From the sequence record PX667085.1: a stretch of DNA of 64,000 nucleotides. One strand, given 5' to 3'. The notes beneath the pieces are model-generated. The model searched no databases and had not been told where the DNA came from. It saw only the letters and a program-made list of their open reading frames with translations. The position numbers were made by a program, and so were the translations under genes. This DNA is from a phage. Shown in pieces: positions 30,166 to 39,733 of the stretch; within the stretch, counting starts at the first letter, position 1, and every line of letters starts with the position of its first letter.

Positions 30166-31175
30166 TATTTCTCCTTAGTCATTATTTCAGACACGGATAC
30201 ACACTCCACTTCAGTAACCCACTCTTTACCTTCTTTATCTCCGTTGTGAGAAACAGAAACTACTTTAAATGGACCATCATAATCTCGGCTTTTTAACCAG
30301 ATTGTTTTTTCTGGTAATATTGCACCATTCATTTGGCATTTGAATTTAACACCATCTGTAGGTTTCTTTGCCTTCTTAGATGACTTGGTAACTTTTTTAG
30401 TAGGTTTTATATCGTTGTGGAATGGTTCTGGACTTCCTATCAGACCAGTTTCAGGGCTAATGTAGGCGCTACGTGCACTAGACATTTGTGAACGAGGAGT
30501 GACATAAACAGATCCATCTTGTATTGACACATTGTGATCAATACTTTTACAAATATGTTCTAGGTAATGTGAAGTGTTTCCACACATAGCTGTTGCTGAG
30601 GATAAGGTTTGATCATTATCTACGTGTATATTACCTTCTGTAGTTCCTAAATCCTTTACCAAATCTGTCACAACACGTTTGATTTTAGTTCCTTTTGGAT
30701 AACTGCGGCTTGTTCTTGCTTCTGCAATGTTAATACCGCCATCCAAACAGTGTAAAGTGGTTTTCCTGTCTACCGAGTCAAAAGTATCACTAACCCACTG
30801 GATAGTTCCTTTGAAGACCATAACCAACTCTTCACCTTCGTATCCTACCGCTAAAGCAACAGCCAAGTTATTTCGGATACCACGGTTTATATAGTTAACA
30901 GTATCATCCGAAAGGTTATAAACTACAATCTCTGCTTGGTTAGGATCTTTGTTATTATCTTTCTTAATACTGAAGGTTATTTGATGGTCTTGCAACAAAT
31001 ACAAATTAGAAGAGGATTTTTCTGTTGTTCCTAACTTGGTATCCAAATCTACTGTAGATTTAAATGCCGAGTTCTTAGTTCTCTTCTGTATTGTGTTTGT
31101 GGCAGAACCAATTAATAATTTGTATGCCCTGTTTAAATTAGGGGCAGGAGCTTTTGTATACTCTCTTTCTGCCAT
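30165..31175 (-). CDS. baseplate hub-region protein
   Basis: 336 aa ORF by position next to spike. Confidence 0.35.
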   Translation of the reverse strand: MAEREYTKAPAPNLNRAYKLLIGSATNTIQKRTKNSAFKSTVDLDTKLGTTEKSSSNLYLLQDHQITFSIKKDNNKDPNQAEIVVYNLSDDTVNYINRGIRNNLAVALAVGYEGEELVMVFKGTIQWVSDTFDSVDRKTTLHCLDGGINIAEARTSRSYPKGTKIKRVVTDLVKDLGTTEGNIHVDNDQTLSSATAMCGNTSHYLEHICKSIDHNVSIQDGSVYVTPRSQMSSARSAYISPETGLIGSPEPFHNDIKPTKKVTKSSKKAKKPTDGVKFKCQMNGAILPEKTIWLKSRDYDGPFKVVSVSHNGDKEGKEWVTEVECVSVSEIMTKEK

Positions 31176-31184
31176 ATTATCTCC

Positions 31185-31598
31185 TTACGCCTGATTAGGT
31201 TTGTTATCAATATAAACCAATACAAAACGTTTATCTCGACCTGTAGTTGTATACCCAGGACGACCATTAATCTTAACTGTATCTACTATATACAATTGAC
31301 CATCTGGCACACTTTCAAGATATTTATAAGGTTTAAGAAGATCTAAACCATTTGTAACTTTGAAACTTATACTTGGATCATCTCCAGATAATCCAATCTG
31401 ACATTGCCAAGACTCGTCCCTAGTGTTCCACCTTAAACGAATGTCATAATCAACTCCATCCAATGTAACTGTATATGTTTGATCAGGATACTCTTCAGTT
31501 TTCAGATACCATGCAAAATAAGTAGAATGGTCCTCTAGATAAACTGCACTGTAGCCTGTATTACTTGTAGACCTTGTTGTTTTAGAATAAGTTGTCAC
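31185..31598 (-). CDS. tail structural protein
   Basis: 137 aa ORF. Confidence 0.3.
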   Translation of the reverse strand: MTTYSKTTRSTSNTGYSAVYLEDHSTYFAWYLKTEEYPDQTYTVTLDGVDYDIRLRWNTRDESWQCQIGLSGDDPSISFKVTNGLDLLKPYKYLESVPDGQLYIVDTVKINGRPGYTTTGRDKRFVLVYIDNKPNQA

Positions 31599-31600
31599 TA

Positions 31601-32302
31601 TTAACCTCCGTTGTTTGTTGGGGTATTAGTAGCTTCAGCAGTTCTTACTGTAATATCTGACTTAGGACCATTCGAAGCAACTTGACCTTTCACATCACCA
31701 CCAGTCGATTTATTTGGTGCTGTTTTTACAGCAATAGCATTAGTAGTGGCCTTAGAAACGAGACGGATTTGTTCAAACTCTAAATCAAATTGCATAGCAA
31801 ATTCAGATTTATAATCATAAGAGTAGCCTTTGAGAATAACATTTTCAAAAGTCCTGTGTTCTGTCAAAAGAACTATTGGTTGTCTTGACTCAAATATTTG
31901 ATCTAGATATTCTATTGCTTGAGAAATCCTTGCCCCATTTACACCTGCACTGTATAATTGATCTCGCATAAGCCGAATTGGTGTTTCGGTAATTATACCT
32001 GAAAGTTTAAATCTGTTGTTTTTTATTTGAACGTGGTCACTTACATCCGATCCTGATTCTACTGGAAAACTTGTAACATCTGCCTCACGAGTTACACCTA
32101 CTTCAGGGACCGAATCGAAAGTAATTGCTTTAAAGTTTTGAATGTATTGATCACTTGAACTATTATAAACACTTGCTAAAATGCAGAAACCATTATCACC
32201 CTTTACAGTAGATGCCGAGGTATTTTTATTCTCGGTAGAGTTGATTTCCTGTTCTGCCTTATAGACGGCTCTCACCGACTGTTGTGGAGTCATTGCTGCC
32301 AT
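31601..32302 (-). CDS. tail structural protein
   Basis: 233 aa ORF directly downstream of tape measure gene. Confidence 0.3.
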   Translation of the reverse strand: MAAMTPQQSVRAVYKAEQEINSTENKNTSASTVKGDNGFCILASVYNSSSDQYIQNFKAITFDSVPEVGVTREADVTSFPVESGSDVSDHVQIKNNRFKLSGIITETPIRLMRDQLYSAGVNGARISQAIEYLDQIFESRQPIVLLTEHRTFENVILKGYSYDYKSEFAMQFDLEFEQIRLVSKATTNAIAVKTAPNKSTGGDVKGQVASNGPKSDITVRTAEATNTPTNNGG

Positions 32303-32395
32303 GATAACCTCGTAGTAATGATAATGCCAAAAGGAAGATGCAAGATCTTCCCATATTGATTATTGTAACACATATAGAAACTTCGTGTCAAGGGA

Positions 32396-32421
32396 AACGA
32401 AAAAACCCCGCCGAAGCGAGG
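32396..32421 (-). terminator. rho-independent terminator after tape measure gene
   Basis: minus-strand CCTCGC-TTCG-GCGGGG hairpin followed by TTTTTTCG. Confidence 0.55.
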
Positions 32422-32428
32422 TATTTTA

Positions 32429-34417
32429 TTAACCACCAGTGTTAGATTGTCCACTTAGAGTTGAAAGAGATAAACGTTGGAAAATGCTATTTCCGCTATT
32501 TTGAATTCTTGCATCAAGAATATTTCCAAACTCGGAAGAAGGACTGATCGTAACTTTGATAAGATCACTTGGTATTGCTACCGTATTCTCAACAACAGGT
32601 TGATTACGAGCCAAACTTACGTTAGGTGTATAGGCTGATTCACGTAAATCTTCAAGAGGATTACCAAATCCAAAAGCACGTGTCCTTGTTTGTTCTCCTC
32701 TCCACATACGACCAATATCTTGTGTATCAATACCTGTTAAATTGTACAACCAATCTGCTACAGGATTGCTGTCTCCACTTTGCGTTGCCTCGTATGCTTT
32801 TTGTGCCATAGATTTATTAGGATCTGTGTTGTCTCCGAATGTATCTGGGAATGTTTCTTTAAGCCAATTGGTAAAAGATCCGAAACCATCTCCCAATTCT
32901 TTAGCAAAACCTCCTAATTGAACTGTTGTCTTACCGAGTTCTTCACCTAAATCTTTGGCAAACTGATCTAGCACTTTAACGTTATCCAACCAAGAATCAT
33001 CTTTAGGTAACGCTTTCACAAAACCCTCTAAGAAGTGGTTCTGCATACCTTGACCTACAAGCTGAACTGTTGCAGCAAAACGAGTAAACTCCTTAGAAGC
33101 ATCTATTTGTTCTTGAGTTAATGTTGCACCTGTTCTTTGAAGCATTTTCAATACTTCATTGTATCCTTCGCCGTTTTTACTAAACATTCGTTGGTAGTGC
33201 ATAAGGTCGTCACCAAGGTTTTCAAGAAGTCGCCCGATTTGAGCAGAGTTCATACCTCGACGTTCACCTTCATTAACAGTAGCCTGAATAAAAGCTAAAG
33301 GATCGTTCTGTAAAGGTTTAAGCTGTTCTGGATTCCATCCAAACAAGTTCATAATGTCATTTATGCCATTATCACCGCCTTTCCACTTCCCTTCTTTCTC
33401 ATTCCATTTTGAGGCTAAAACTGTATTACCAAGACGTTCACGAACGTCTTTAATATTATCTATTGACTTAATAATATTTGCAGAGTCTACACCGTTCTGT
33501 TCACCCCAAGCTGTCATTGCCAAAATAGCGTTGGCGTTTGTCTGAACGTTTTCAGCACCACGACTTACAAGTTTAATTCTTTCGTTAGTATTCATCAACG
33601 TGTTACCAACTACAGAACCACCTGCAAACAGCCCAGCACCTATTAAAGAGGATGCAATCATGCGTGGATTAAGACCTGCTGCACCTTCTTTTAATTGTCC
33701 ATATCGACGATCACGATCACGTTTTTGTTGAGCTAATTCACGCTTACGGTTGCGTTCTATATCTCTAAGTTCACGATTTCGCATACGTATACGCATTTTA
33801 GCTTCTGCTTCTAGCTCTCTACGAATACGGCGACGACCGCGAACCTCGTCTTCTATTTCAGCATTCTTTTCACGATGAGATCTGCGTAAGGCATCTAACT
33901 GGTGAGCAAGAGCTTGGTTCATACGTTGAAGAGTTATTTCACCCTTTTTGTATTGCTCTACAGCTTTACCCATAACGTCTCTAGCTTCTTGCATAGCGCC
34001 AGGACTAGCTTTACTAAATGCTCTTGCTCGATAGTTAAAGTTCTGCAAACGAAGATTACCTAAATCTTCCCTACGTGCTGCTGCTTTAGCTTCGCGTTCA
34101 GCAGCTTTACGAGCTTTTTCTTCTTCTCTTCCTTGCGGGGTTTTAGGAGTTCTAGGTCTACCAGATCCGCCTACAGGAGCACCCGCTCCAGCGGGAGTAG
34201 GTGCTCGCATAGGTTTTTGACTTTGAGTTTGAGCTTTCTTAAGTTCACGCTCAATCTCTTTCATTTGTTGTCTAAACTTGGTCATGTTCATAGTGGGTTG
34301 CATTTTATTTGCAAACTTCTGAACACTCAACACGGCATCTTTTGCTTCCTTGAGACTGTTCTTGTCCACCTTAAACGTAACCACGTTACTAATTTTGGAG
34401 GCGTTAATTTCTAACAA
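32429..34417 (-). CDS. tail tape measure protein
   Basis: 662 aa; long charged coiled-coil (REEEKARKAAEREAKAAARRE...) and Gly-rich segments; follows chaperone pair with frameshift site. Confidence 0.6.
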   Translation of the reverse strand: MLEINASKISNVVTFKVDKNSLKEAKDAVLSVQKFANKMQPTMNMTKFRQQMKEIERELKKAQTQSQKPMRAPTPAGAGAPVGGSGRPRTPKTPQGREEEKARKAAEREAKAAARREDLGNLRLQNFNYRARAFSKASPGAMQEARDVMGKAVEQYKKGEITLQRMNQALAHQLDALRRSHREKNAEIEDEVRGRRRIRRELEAEAKMRIRMRNRELRDIERNRKRELAQQKRDRDRRYGQLKEGAAGLNPRMIASSLIGAGLFAGGSVVGNTLMNTNERIKLVSRGAENVQTNANAILAMTAWGEQNGVDSANIIKSIDNIKDVRERLGNTVLASKWNEKEGKWKGGDNGINDIMNLFGWNPEQLKPLQNDPLAFIQATVNEGERRGMNSAQIGRLLENLGDDLMHYQRMFSKNGEGYNEVLKMLQRTGATLTQEQIDASKEFTRFAATVQLVGQGMQNHFLEGFVKALPKDDSWLDNVKVLDQFAKDLGEELGKTTVQLGGFAKELGDGFGSFTNWLKETFPDTFGDNTDPNKSMAQKAYEATQSGDSNPVADWLYNLTGIDTQDIGRMWRGEQTRTRAFGFGNPLEDLRESAYTPNVSLARNQPVVENTVAIPSDLIKVTISPSSEFGNILDARIQNSGNSIFQRLSLSTLSGQSNTGG

Positions 34418-34437
34418 AGTATGTTCCTCGTGTTGGA

Positions 34438-35186
34438 TTAAACAAGTTTCTTAAACAAATCTGACATTTTATTTGTCTGGTTTTGATGTTTTCTCTTTAT
34501 TGAAGTGTCTTTAACATACATGGCTTCAACATACTCTTCGTATGTTAAATACTCATATAGTTTTAAAAGATAATCTACACCGTAGTTATCCAATGTTTTC
34601 AGTGTTTCCGAGGTATCTTTAACGACTTTGCAAAGAATAACCTCATACCACTTCAAAGTAAGGGTTTTCGTTGCTATGTCGATAGCATGTTCAATCGCAG
34701 GTGTTAATTTGCTGCTAAACTCGTCATCGCCTGAAGCTGTGTGAACAGTTTTCCGAAACCTCGTTTGAAAAAAGGGCCGTAGTTTACCTCCAGAACTTTA
34801 GCAGTAAGATCTAACACTAGTTCTGGGTGAGCCATAAATAATTCATCAAAATTTTCTGCAACGTTATAACCGTCTTGAGTATAAACCTCATCTAAAATTT
34901 TACGCAAAAAGACAGTTAAATTCTTTTCTTCCAAACCTGCAAAAAGTTGGATCAATGCCATAGCAATACGTGACTCAAGGTCTTCGTCTGCGGACATTGT
35001 TGCTGTGCTATACATAGTCATAGGAACAACCAGAACACTACCTAATTCTGGAATCCTGTCAAACACTTTAGATGGACTCCACTTCATAATACGGAAAGTA
35101 ACAGATCTGTTTCCATCTAACGGAATCTCAACTACTTCTTCTGGTCGAGCATATTTTTGAATTGTGTTATCTTGTTCTTGTGACAT
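34438..35186 (-). CDS. tail assembly chaperone G-T fusion by programmed -1 frameshift
   Basis: minus-strand C-CCT-TTT-TTC (plus 34767-34776); the -1 frame is open from the slip site to the stop at 34438 and matches the track ORF 34438..34656. Confidence 0.55.
34704..35186 (-). CDS. tail assembly chaperone (G-like, zero-frame product)
   Basis: 160 aa ORF between tube and tape measure genes; strong SD GAGAGGAAAAT; contains slippery site near its 3' end. Confidence 0.5.
   Translation of the reverse strand: MSQEQDNTIQKYARPEEVVEIPLDGNRSVTFRIMKWSPSKVFDRIPELGSVLVVPMTMYSTATMSADEDLESRIAMALIQLFAGLEEKNLTVFLRKILDEVYTQDGYNVAENFDELFMAHPELVLDLTAKVLEVNYGPFFKRGFGKLFTQLQAMTSLAAN
34767..34773 (-). other. slippery heptamer T_TTT_TTC for -1 ribosomal frameshift
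   Basis: zero-frame codons CCT TTT TTC read as G-P-F-F; heptamer X_XXY_YYZ. Confidence 0.5.
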
Positions 35187-35199
35187 ATTTTCCTCTCTA

Positions 35200-35225
35200 A
35201 TGATAAAAAGGGCATTTCTGCCCTT
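35200..35225 (-). terminator. terminator after tail tube gene
   Basis: AAGGGCA-TTTC-TGCCCTT hairpin with T tracts on both strands. Confidence 0.5.
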
Positions 35226-35231
35226 TATTTA

Positions 35232-35711
35232 TTATTGAATTGTCAGAGCAGAGATTGAGTTAAGGGTGCTCAAACCTACACCAACTTCATTACGCAGAAG
35301 GCTTGCATCTTTAAGACCAATAACCCATTGGTTCTCTGTAATCATTTCGCCAATAGTATCTTCAGGCTGACTTTGAATCCATCCAATCGTGCTAATGTAA
35401 TAGCCACGTGGGTCTTCTAAATAAACACTGAACGCTACTTGACGAGTAGAATACATTGTTTGTGCATATGTTGCAAGTACTTCGTTAGCTGGAGATGTGC
35501 GTTGCAAAGACATTGTGAGTGTTCCCAAACGGTTACGACTCAAAGCTAGTGAAACGTCGCCATCAGTCCCTGCATAAGGGTTGATAATATCGTTAGATTT
35601 AGCAATAACGATTTTAGTATCAGCCGCAAAACCCCACGGTTCCCAACCACCTAATGAAAGGATAACTTGAGATGGGTCGTAGGCCATTACGCCAGTAAGC
35701 ATTTTATCCAT
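35232..35711 (-). CDS. tail tube protein
   Basis: 159 aa ORF immediately downstream of sheath gene. Confidence 0.45.
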   Translation of the reverse strand: MDKMLTGVMAYDPSQVILSLGGWEPWGFAADTKIVIAKSNDIINPYAGTDGDVSLALSRNRLGTLTMSLQRTSPANEVLATYAQTMYSTRQVAFSVYLEDPRGYYISTIGWIQSQPEDTIGEMITENQWVIGLKDASLLRNEVGVGLSTLNSISALTIQ

Positions 35712-35757
35712 TATAGATCCTCTTTATTTTGATAACGGGGGCTTAACCCCCGCCGTA

Positions 35758-37131
35758 TTAGTTTGCAGTACGGTTAGTCAGGACGTTGACCTGAACTTTA
35801 ACGTAATGGAAGAAGCCAGCGTAAACATATTCAATCTTCATCCCATCGACCAGACGAGCATTGATTTGCGCATCAGTCATATCGGCACGAGAAGGAATAT
35901 AAACAATAGGTTTCAGATCGACACGCAAACCAGTCTCTTCAGAAGTAACAACTTCATTAGCGATGGAACCGTTGAGGATACCTACTTGGATCGGGTTAGC
36001 CAGAACAGCTTGTCGAATCAAAGCCAGACCGTTTGAAGTAGCACGAACACCACCACCCAGCATAGACTGTTGTTTAAACAGTGTAAACAGTGATTCTTCT
36101 GTGCGAGCTTTAAACCACAAAGCATGAACAACATAGTCAACAAAGAAACCGCTAACCATCAATCCATCACGATAGAACAGAGTTCCATGCTCTTTACGAT
36201 AGATGTTACCGTTCTGTTGAACAATATTGTTTTCCGAAGTCTGATCCAGTTTCTCGATCTCTACACCTACCAGTGTTTTACCGTGAAGAGTAGTTAAACC
36301 AGGTTGACGAGAACAGATTGCACCAACAACTGCCGCTTCTGGGAATACAGAATCTGCATCGGTCATCCACAAAGCAAAGCAAGTGTTATTATAACCGAGG
36401 TCATTCAGTCGTTCCAGAACGTTATCTTCTGCTTTCGTTTTAATTCCAGGTTCAGAGCTAGAGAAGAAGTAAACTTTATCATTCTCTTCTACCCATGCAG
36501 CCAAAGCTAGAACATCTTCTGTTTCATGGGAATCTGAAAGGGTCCAGAACCAGCTACTATCGATATCATGCAGAGCAGCAATATCTTCCGTAATAGCATT
36601 AGCATAGACAGTTTCTTGAGTGAAACCTGTGCTGTCAATAGAACCAAACTTACCTTCTACTGGAGTGAAAGTCATTGCAGCGCCGTTGTTAGCTACTGTA
36701 AACAGTGGGCCATAAACAAGATCTGCATTGATCATTTCAGTCAGACCAACTACAATCTCTTGTGCAGTTGCAGTGTCATCAGCAATGAATTTAAATTCTT
36801 TTTTCTTGGTACCATTTTTGATGGTAATTGTGTAAGTTGCACTATCTTCTACGATTGGAGTTAGAGTAAAGTTTGTAACTTCACGCTTACCAACCATGAC
36901 TTGATCTGGTGGGAACAAACCGTTAAACAGTTTGACTGCCATAATATACGCTGGATCATTTAATCCATAACCTGCTTCCAAAAGTGCATCGGAAGAAGAG
37001 TAATATTGAATCGCTTCGCCAGTTACGTTCTGACCTGTAAGGATCAGGGGAATATCGAACTGGGTTTCACGAATTGATGTAGCACCATACAGTAAAGTTA
37101 CGGTTGCTACCTTTTCACGAAAAGTTGCCAT
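35758..37131 (-). CDS. tail sheath protein
   Basis: 457 aa ORF upstream of tube and chaperones, sheath-typical size and position. Confidence 0.5.
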   Translation of the reverse strand: MATFREKVATVTLLYGATSIRETQFDIPLILTGQNVTGEAIQYYSSSDALLEAGYGLNDPAYIMAVKLFNGLFPPDQVMVGKREVTNFTLTPIVEDSATYTITIKNGTKKKEFKFIADDTATAQEIVVGLTEMINADLVYGPLFTVANNGAAMTFTPVEGKFGSIDSTGFTQETVYANAITEDIAALHDIDSSWFWTLSDSHETEDVLALAAWVEENDKVYFFSSSEPGIKTKAEDNVLERLNDLGYNNTCFALWMTDADSVFPEAAVVGAICSRQPGLTTLHGKTLVGVEIEKLDQTSENNIVQQNGNIYRKEHGTLFYRDGLMVSGFFVDYVVHALWFKARTEESLFTLFKQQSMLGGGVRATSNGLALIRQAVLANPIQVGILNGSIANEVVTSEETGLRVDLKPIVYIPSRADMTDAQINARLVDGMKIEYVYAGFFHYVKVQVNVLTNRTAN

Positions 37132-37165
37132 TTATGCTCCTGTTAGAAACTTAATTCCAATGAGT

Positions 37166-37825
37166 TTATTCGGTAGGGTTGTTAAATAATGATCCATTTT
37201 GATTGACTGACGAGTATTCGCCTGGAACCAAAGTAATTGCATAAACCCTGTTTAGAATTAAATCTAAAGGGATAGGATCATTGTAACTATCTCTGAATGA
37301 ACGGATGTGCATGTTGATTGCTTCTATTGGTGTAGTAGCAATATCTTCAATACTCATACGAGTGTTGAACGTCATAACCATACGCGCTCTTAATTCAGTC
37401 TTATCTCCGTCTACAATTGTATTGGCTTGAGCTATATTGGAGGCTCCTAAAAAACCAAGACCTTTAGAATAGAGATGTTTGTATTTTAATTCCTCTGCAC
37501 CACGGAGAGCAGCCAGAACATAGCTCATCAAAGTGGTAGGTCTTCCACGATAGGCTACAAGTTCAATCTCGTAGGTATTATCCATCTCGTAGGAATACAT
37601 ATCATTTTGAATAGAGCTTCGGTAAGACCAACCTCCAGAATCGCTGGAAGTGATAATACGTAGTGCTAGGTAAGGAGTATCCGGTTTAATGAATGGCTTA
37701 TCCATAACATAGACTGGCAACCCCACTAATTCTTGAAGGAAGCCACCTATATTTAAGTAGATGGCATTTTCGTATGCTTCTATTTGTTGGTAAATATTAG
37801 CCAAAGTTTCCTCCTTCTGTTCCAT
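37166..37825 (-). CDS. virion morphogenesis protein
   Basis: 219 aa ORF between head and tail modules. Confidence 0.3.
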   Translation of the reverse strand: MEQKEETLANIYQQIEAYENAIYLNIGGFLQELVGLPVYVMDKPFIKPDTPYLALRIITSSDSGGWSYRSSIQNDMYSYEMDNTYEIELVAYRGRPTTLMSYVLAALRGAEELKYKHLYSKGLGFLGASNIAQANTIVDGDKTELRARMVMTFNTRMSIEDIATTPIEAINMHIRSFRDSYNDPIPLDLILNRVYAITLVPGEYSSVNQNGSLFNNPTE

Positions 37826-38246
37826 AAGACCAGGAGTTGTTTTGATCGTCTAATATTGCAACACAGTGATGATGGACTAAGAAAGATGTTCTGGTCCAAT
37901 CTTTAAGGGAATAAACAGAATACCATTTACCATCTATCAATATCTGATCTGATAACTGTTCTGTTCCTTGTTGTAACCCCTTCATTTCTGTTTTAGTCCA
38001 GAAACTATATTGAGCCTTAGATCTGTAACCTTCGGGTAGTGCATTCAGTGTTTTACCAGATATCGGTTGTAAGCTTGCCGCTTCAATAGTAAATGGTTCA
38101 TATTCTACACTACTTTCTAAGTTAGCAATAACTGAACCAACGGCCTCTTTGTAGACTCGTCTACGACCTTGGTATTCAGTTAGATCAAGGAGAGTAAATT
38201 GATCTAGTAACACTTGTATCTCCTTTTTAGTATACATCAAAAACAA
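37797..38246 (-). CDS. virion morphogenesis protein
   Basis: 149 aa ORF overlapping neighbour. Confidence 0.3.
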   Translation of the reverse strand: MFLMYTKKEIQVLLDQFTLLDLTEYQGRRRVYKEAVGSVIANLESSVEYEPFTIEAASLQPISGKTLNALPEGYRSKAQYSFWTKTEMKGLQQGTEQLSDQILIDGKWYSVYSLKDWTRTSFLVHHHCVAILDDQNNSWSYGTEGGNFG

Positions 38247-38258
38247 AGTTTATGCAAG

Positions 38259-38747
38259 TTATTTTTTAGACTTGCTTTTTGTGATTTTTGTTTCGATTGC
38301 ATTTATCATGTGTGCCGTATCTATTAAGATATGATTAGAATAGTTGCCTTTATCTTGTCGTATCTTAATTGTCACAGGAGATAAAGGACGATAACGTTGC
38401 ATTGCAATCGCTTGAGCTATTCCTTCTCTAGAGGCTCTCGCTATAGGCTCAAAAACAGCTAACCCGACATTATTCAGTAAGTAATTTGCAAACACCTGCT
38501 TCATCTTTTTAGCGATATTGTTCTGTGAGATAACAGCACCATCTGTTATAAAAGGGCGAGCAGGTATGTTGTTTGTTTCATTACCATATTGTTGAATAGC
38601 TGCTATTGCAGGAATAGTGAGATCTGATTCAGGATGCCTTTTGTTTGTTAAAAAACCAGCTTCGATTTGAACTTGTTCAAGATCCATCATCTTTTTGATA
38701 ATGGTTTCCCAATCTGTATCGTCACCTGGTAAGATCTCACTTTCCAT
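38259..38747 (-). CDS. virion morphogenesis protein
   Basis: 162 aa ORF. Confidence 0.3.
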   Translation of the reverse strand: MESEILPGDDTDWETIIKKMMDLEQVQIEAGFLTNKRHPESDLTIPAIAAIQQYGNETNNIPARPFITDGAVISQNNIAKKMKQVFANYLLNNVGLAVFEPIARASREGIAQAIAMQRYRPLSPVTIKIRQDKGNYSNHILIDTAHMINAIETKITKSKSKK

Positions 38748-39295
38748 TATTTGTCCCTACGATAAAAAGAAACAGGTCCGTAATTTCGCAAATAATTAAC
38801 GTTGCGGGTATTACGATCAACACTTGCAACATTACCAAGACCATTCACAGAGTTAGGATCGCTGTTTACTCGATCAATCTCACGAGCATCAACACCGCCA
38901 ATAAGAACTTTACTGGTTGCTCCTCGTCCTGCCGTGCACCCAGGAATGACCATAAGACCATTTAAATAGTTATGATAGATATCTTCCCACGGAGACTTAT
39001 AAGTTACTTGACCGTTGTTAAATTTAACTTCAACTTCGACTTCACCCATCTTTTCTCTGCGGGACATAGCTCCTCCTGTTTGAGTACTATTGTTAAGAAC
39101 ATCGTTGTTCCATAAATACTCTAAAACAGAAATCAAGCTGTTCCACAATACTGCACACTTATCCTTATCTTCATTCCCTATAATATCAATCCAAGTTTGG
39201 ATAATCTGAATCAGCATTGCATCTGGCAATACTTCTTGAGAAGGGTTATAAACAAGAATTCGGATCAGTGGTGCCAACTCTACCGCATTCAGCAT
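38747..39295 (-). CDS. virion morphogenesis protein
   Basis: 182 aa ORF. Confidence 0.3.
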   Translation of the reverse strand: MLNAVELAPLIRILVYNPSQEVLPDAMLIQIIQTWIDIIGNEDKDKCAVLWNSLISVLEYLWNNDVLNNSTQTGGAMSRREKMGEVEVEVKFNNGQVTYKSPWEDIYHNYLNGLMVIPGCTAGRGATSKVLIGGVDAREIDRVNSDPNSVNGLGNVASVDRNTRNVNYLRNYGPVSFYRRDK

Positions 39296-39304
39296 AAGCC
39301 CACC

Positions 39305-39648
39305 TTATTTTTTACGAAGGGAACGTTTTTTAGCTGGAGTGTCTACCGCTTCTACTTTTAAAACTTCTTCTTTGATTTTTACAGGTGCATAGTCTTCGTA
39401 ACTTACAAGATAGTAACCCATGTGTTCTTCACTTGCAAAAGGATGCACAAGAATACCTGTTTCTTCTCTCAAACGCGTGAGGAAGTGAATGAAGTTTCCA
39501 CCTAATGCAATACGACCATCTTTCAGATAGAAAGACATTGGTGGCGCAGATACTAATGTTTTATCAGCATCGATCAGTGGTGAAAGCGATTCGAAATCAC
39601 GAATCATTTCGTGATAACTAAAGTAACGTTTCAATTCTGGGTTTGACA
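39305..39648 (-). CDS. head-tail joining region protein (start revised)
   Basis: track ORF starts at 39703 inside the terminator hairpin; internal ATG at 39646-39648 has SD GAGGAGA, giving MSNPELKRYF... Confidence 0.35.
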
Positions 39649-39678
39649 TATCAATCTCCTCGTTGTAAACTCTTATTG

Positions 39679-39713
39679 TAAACAGAAAAGGCTCGCCCAT
39701 CACGGACGAGCCT
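39679..39713 (-). terminator. rho-independent terminator after major capsid gene
   Basis: minus-strand AGGCTCG...CGAGCCT hairpin followed by TTTTCTGTTT. Confidence 0.6.
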
Positions 39714-39733
39714 CTAATCTTAACAGAGTTCTA

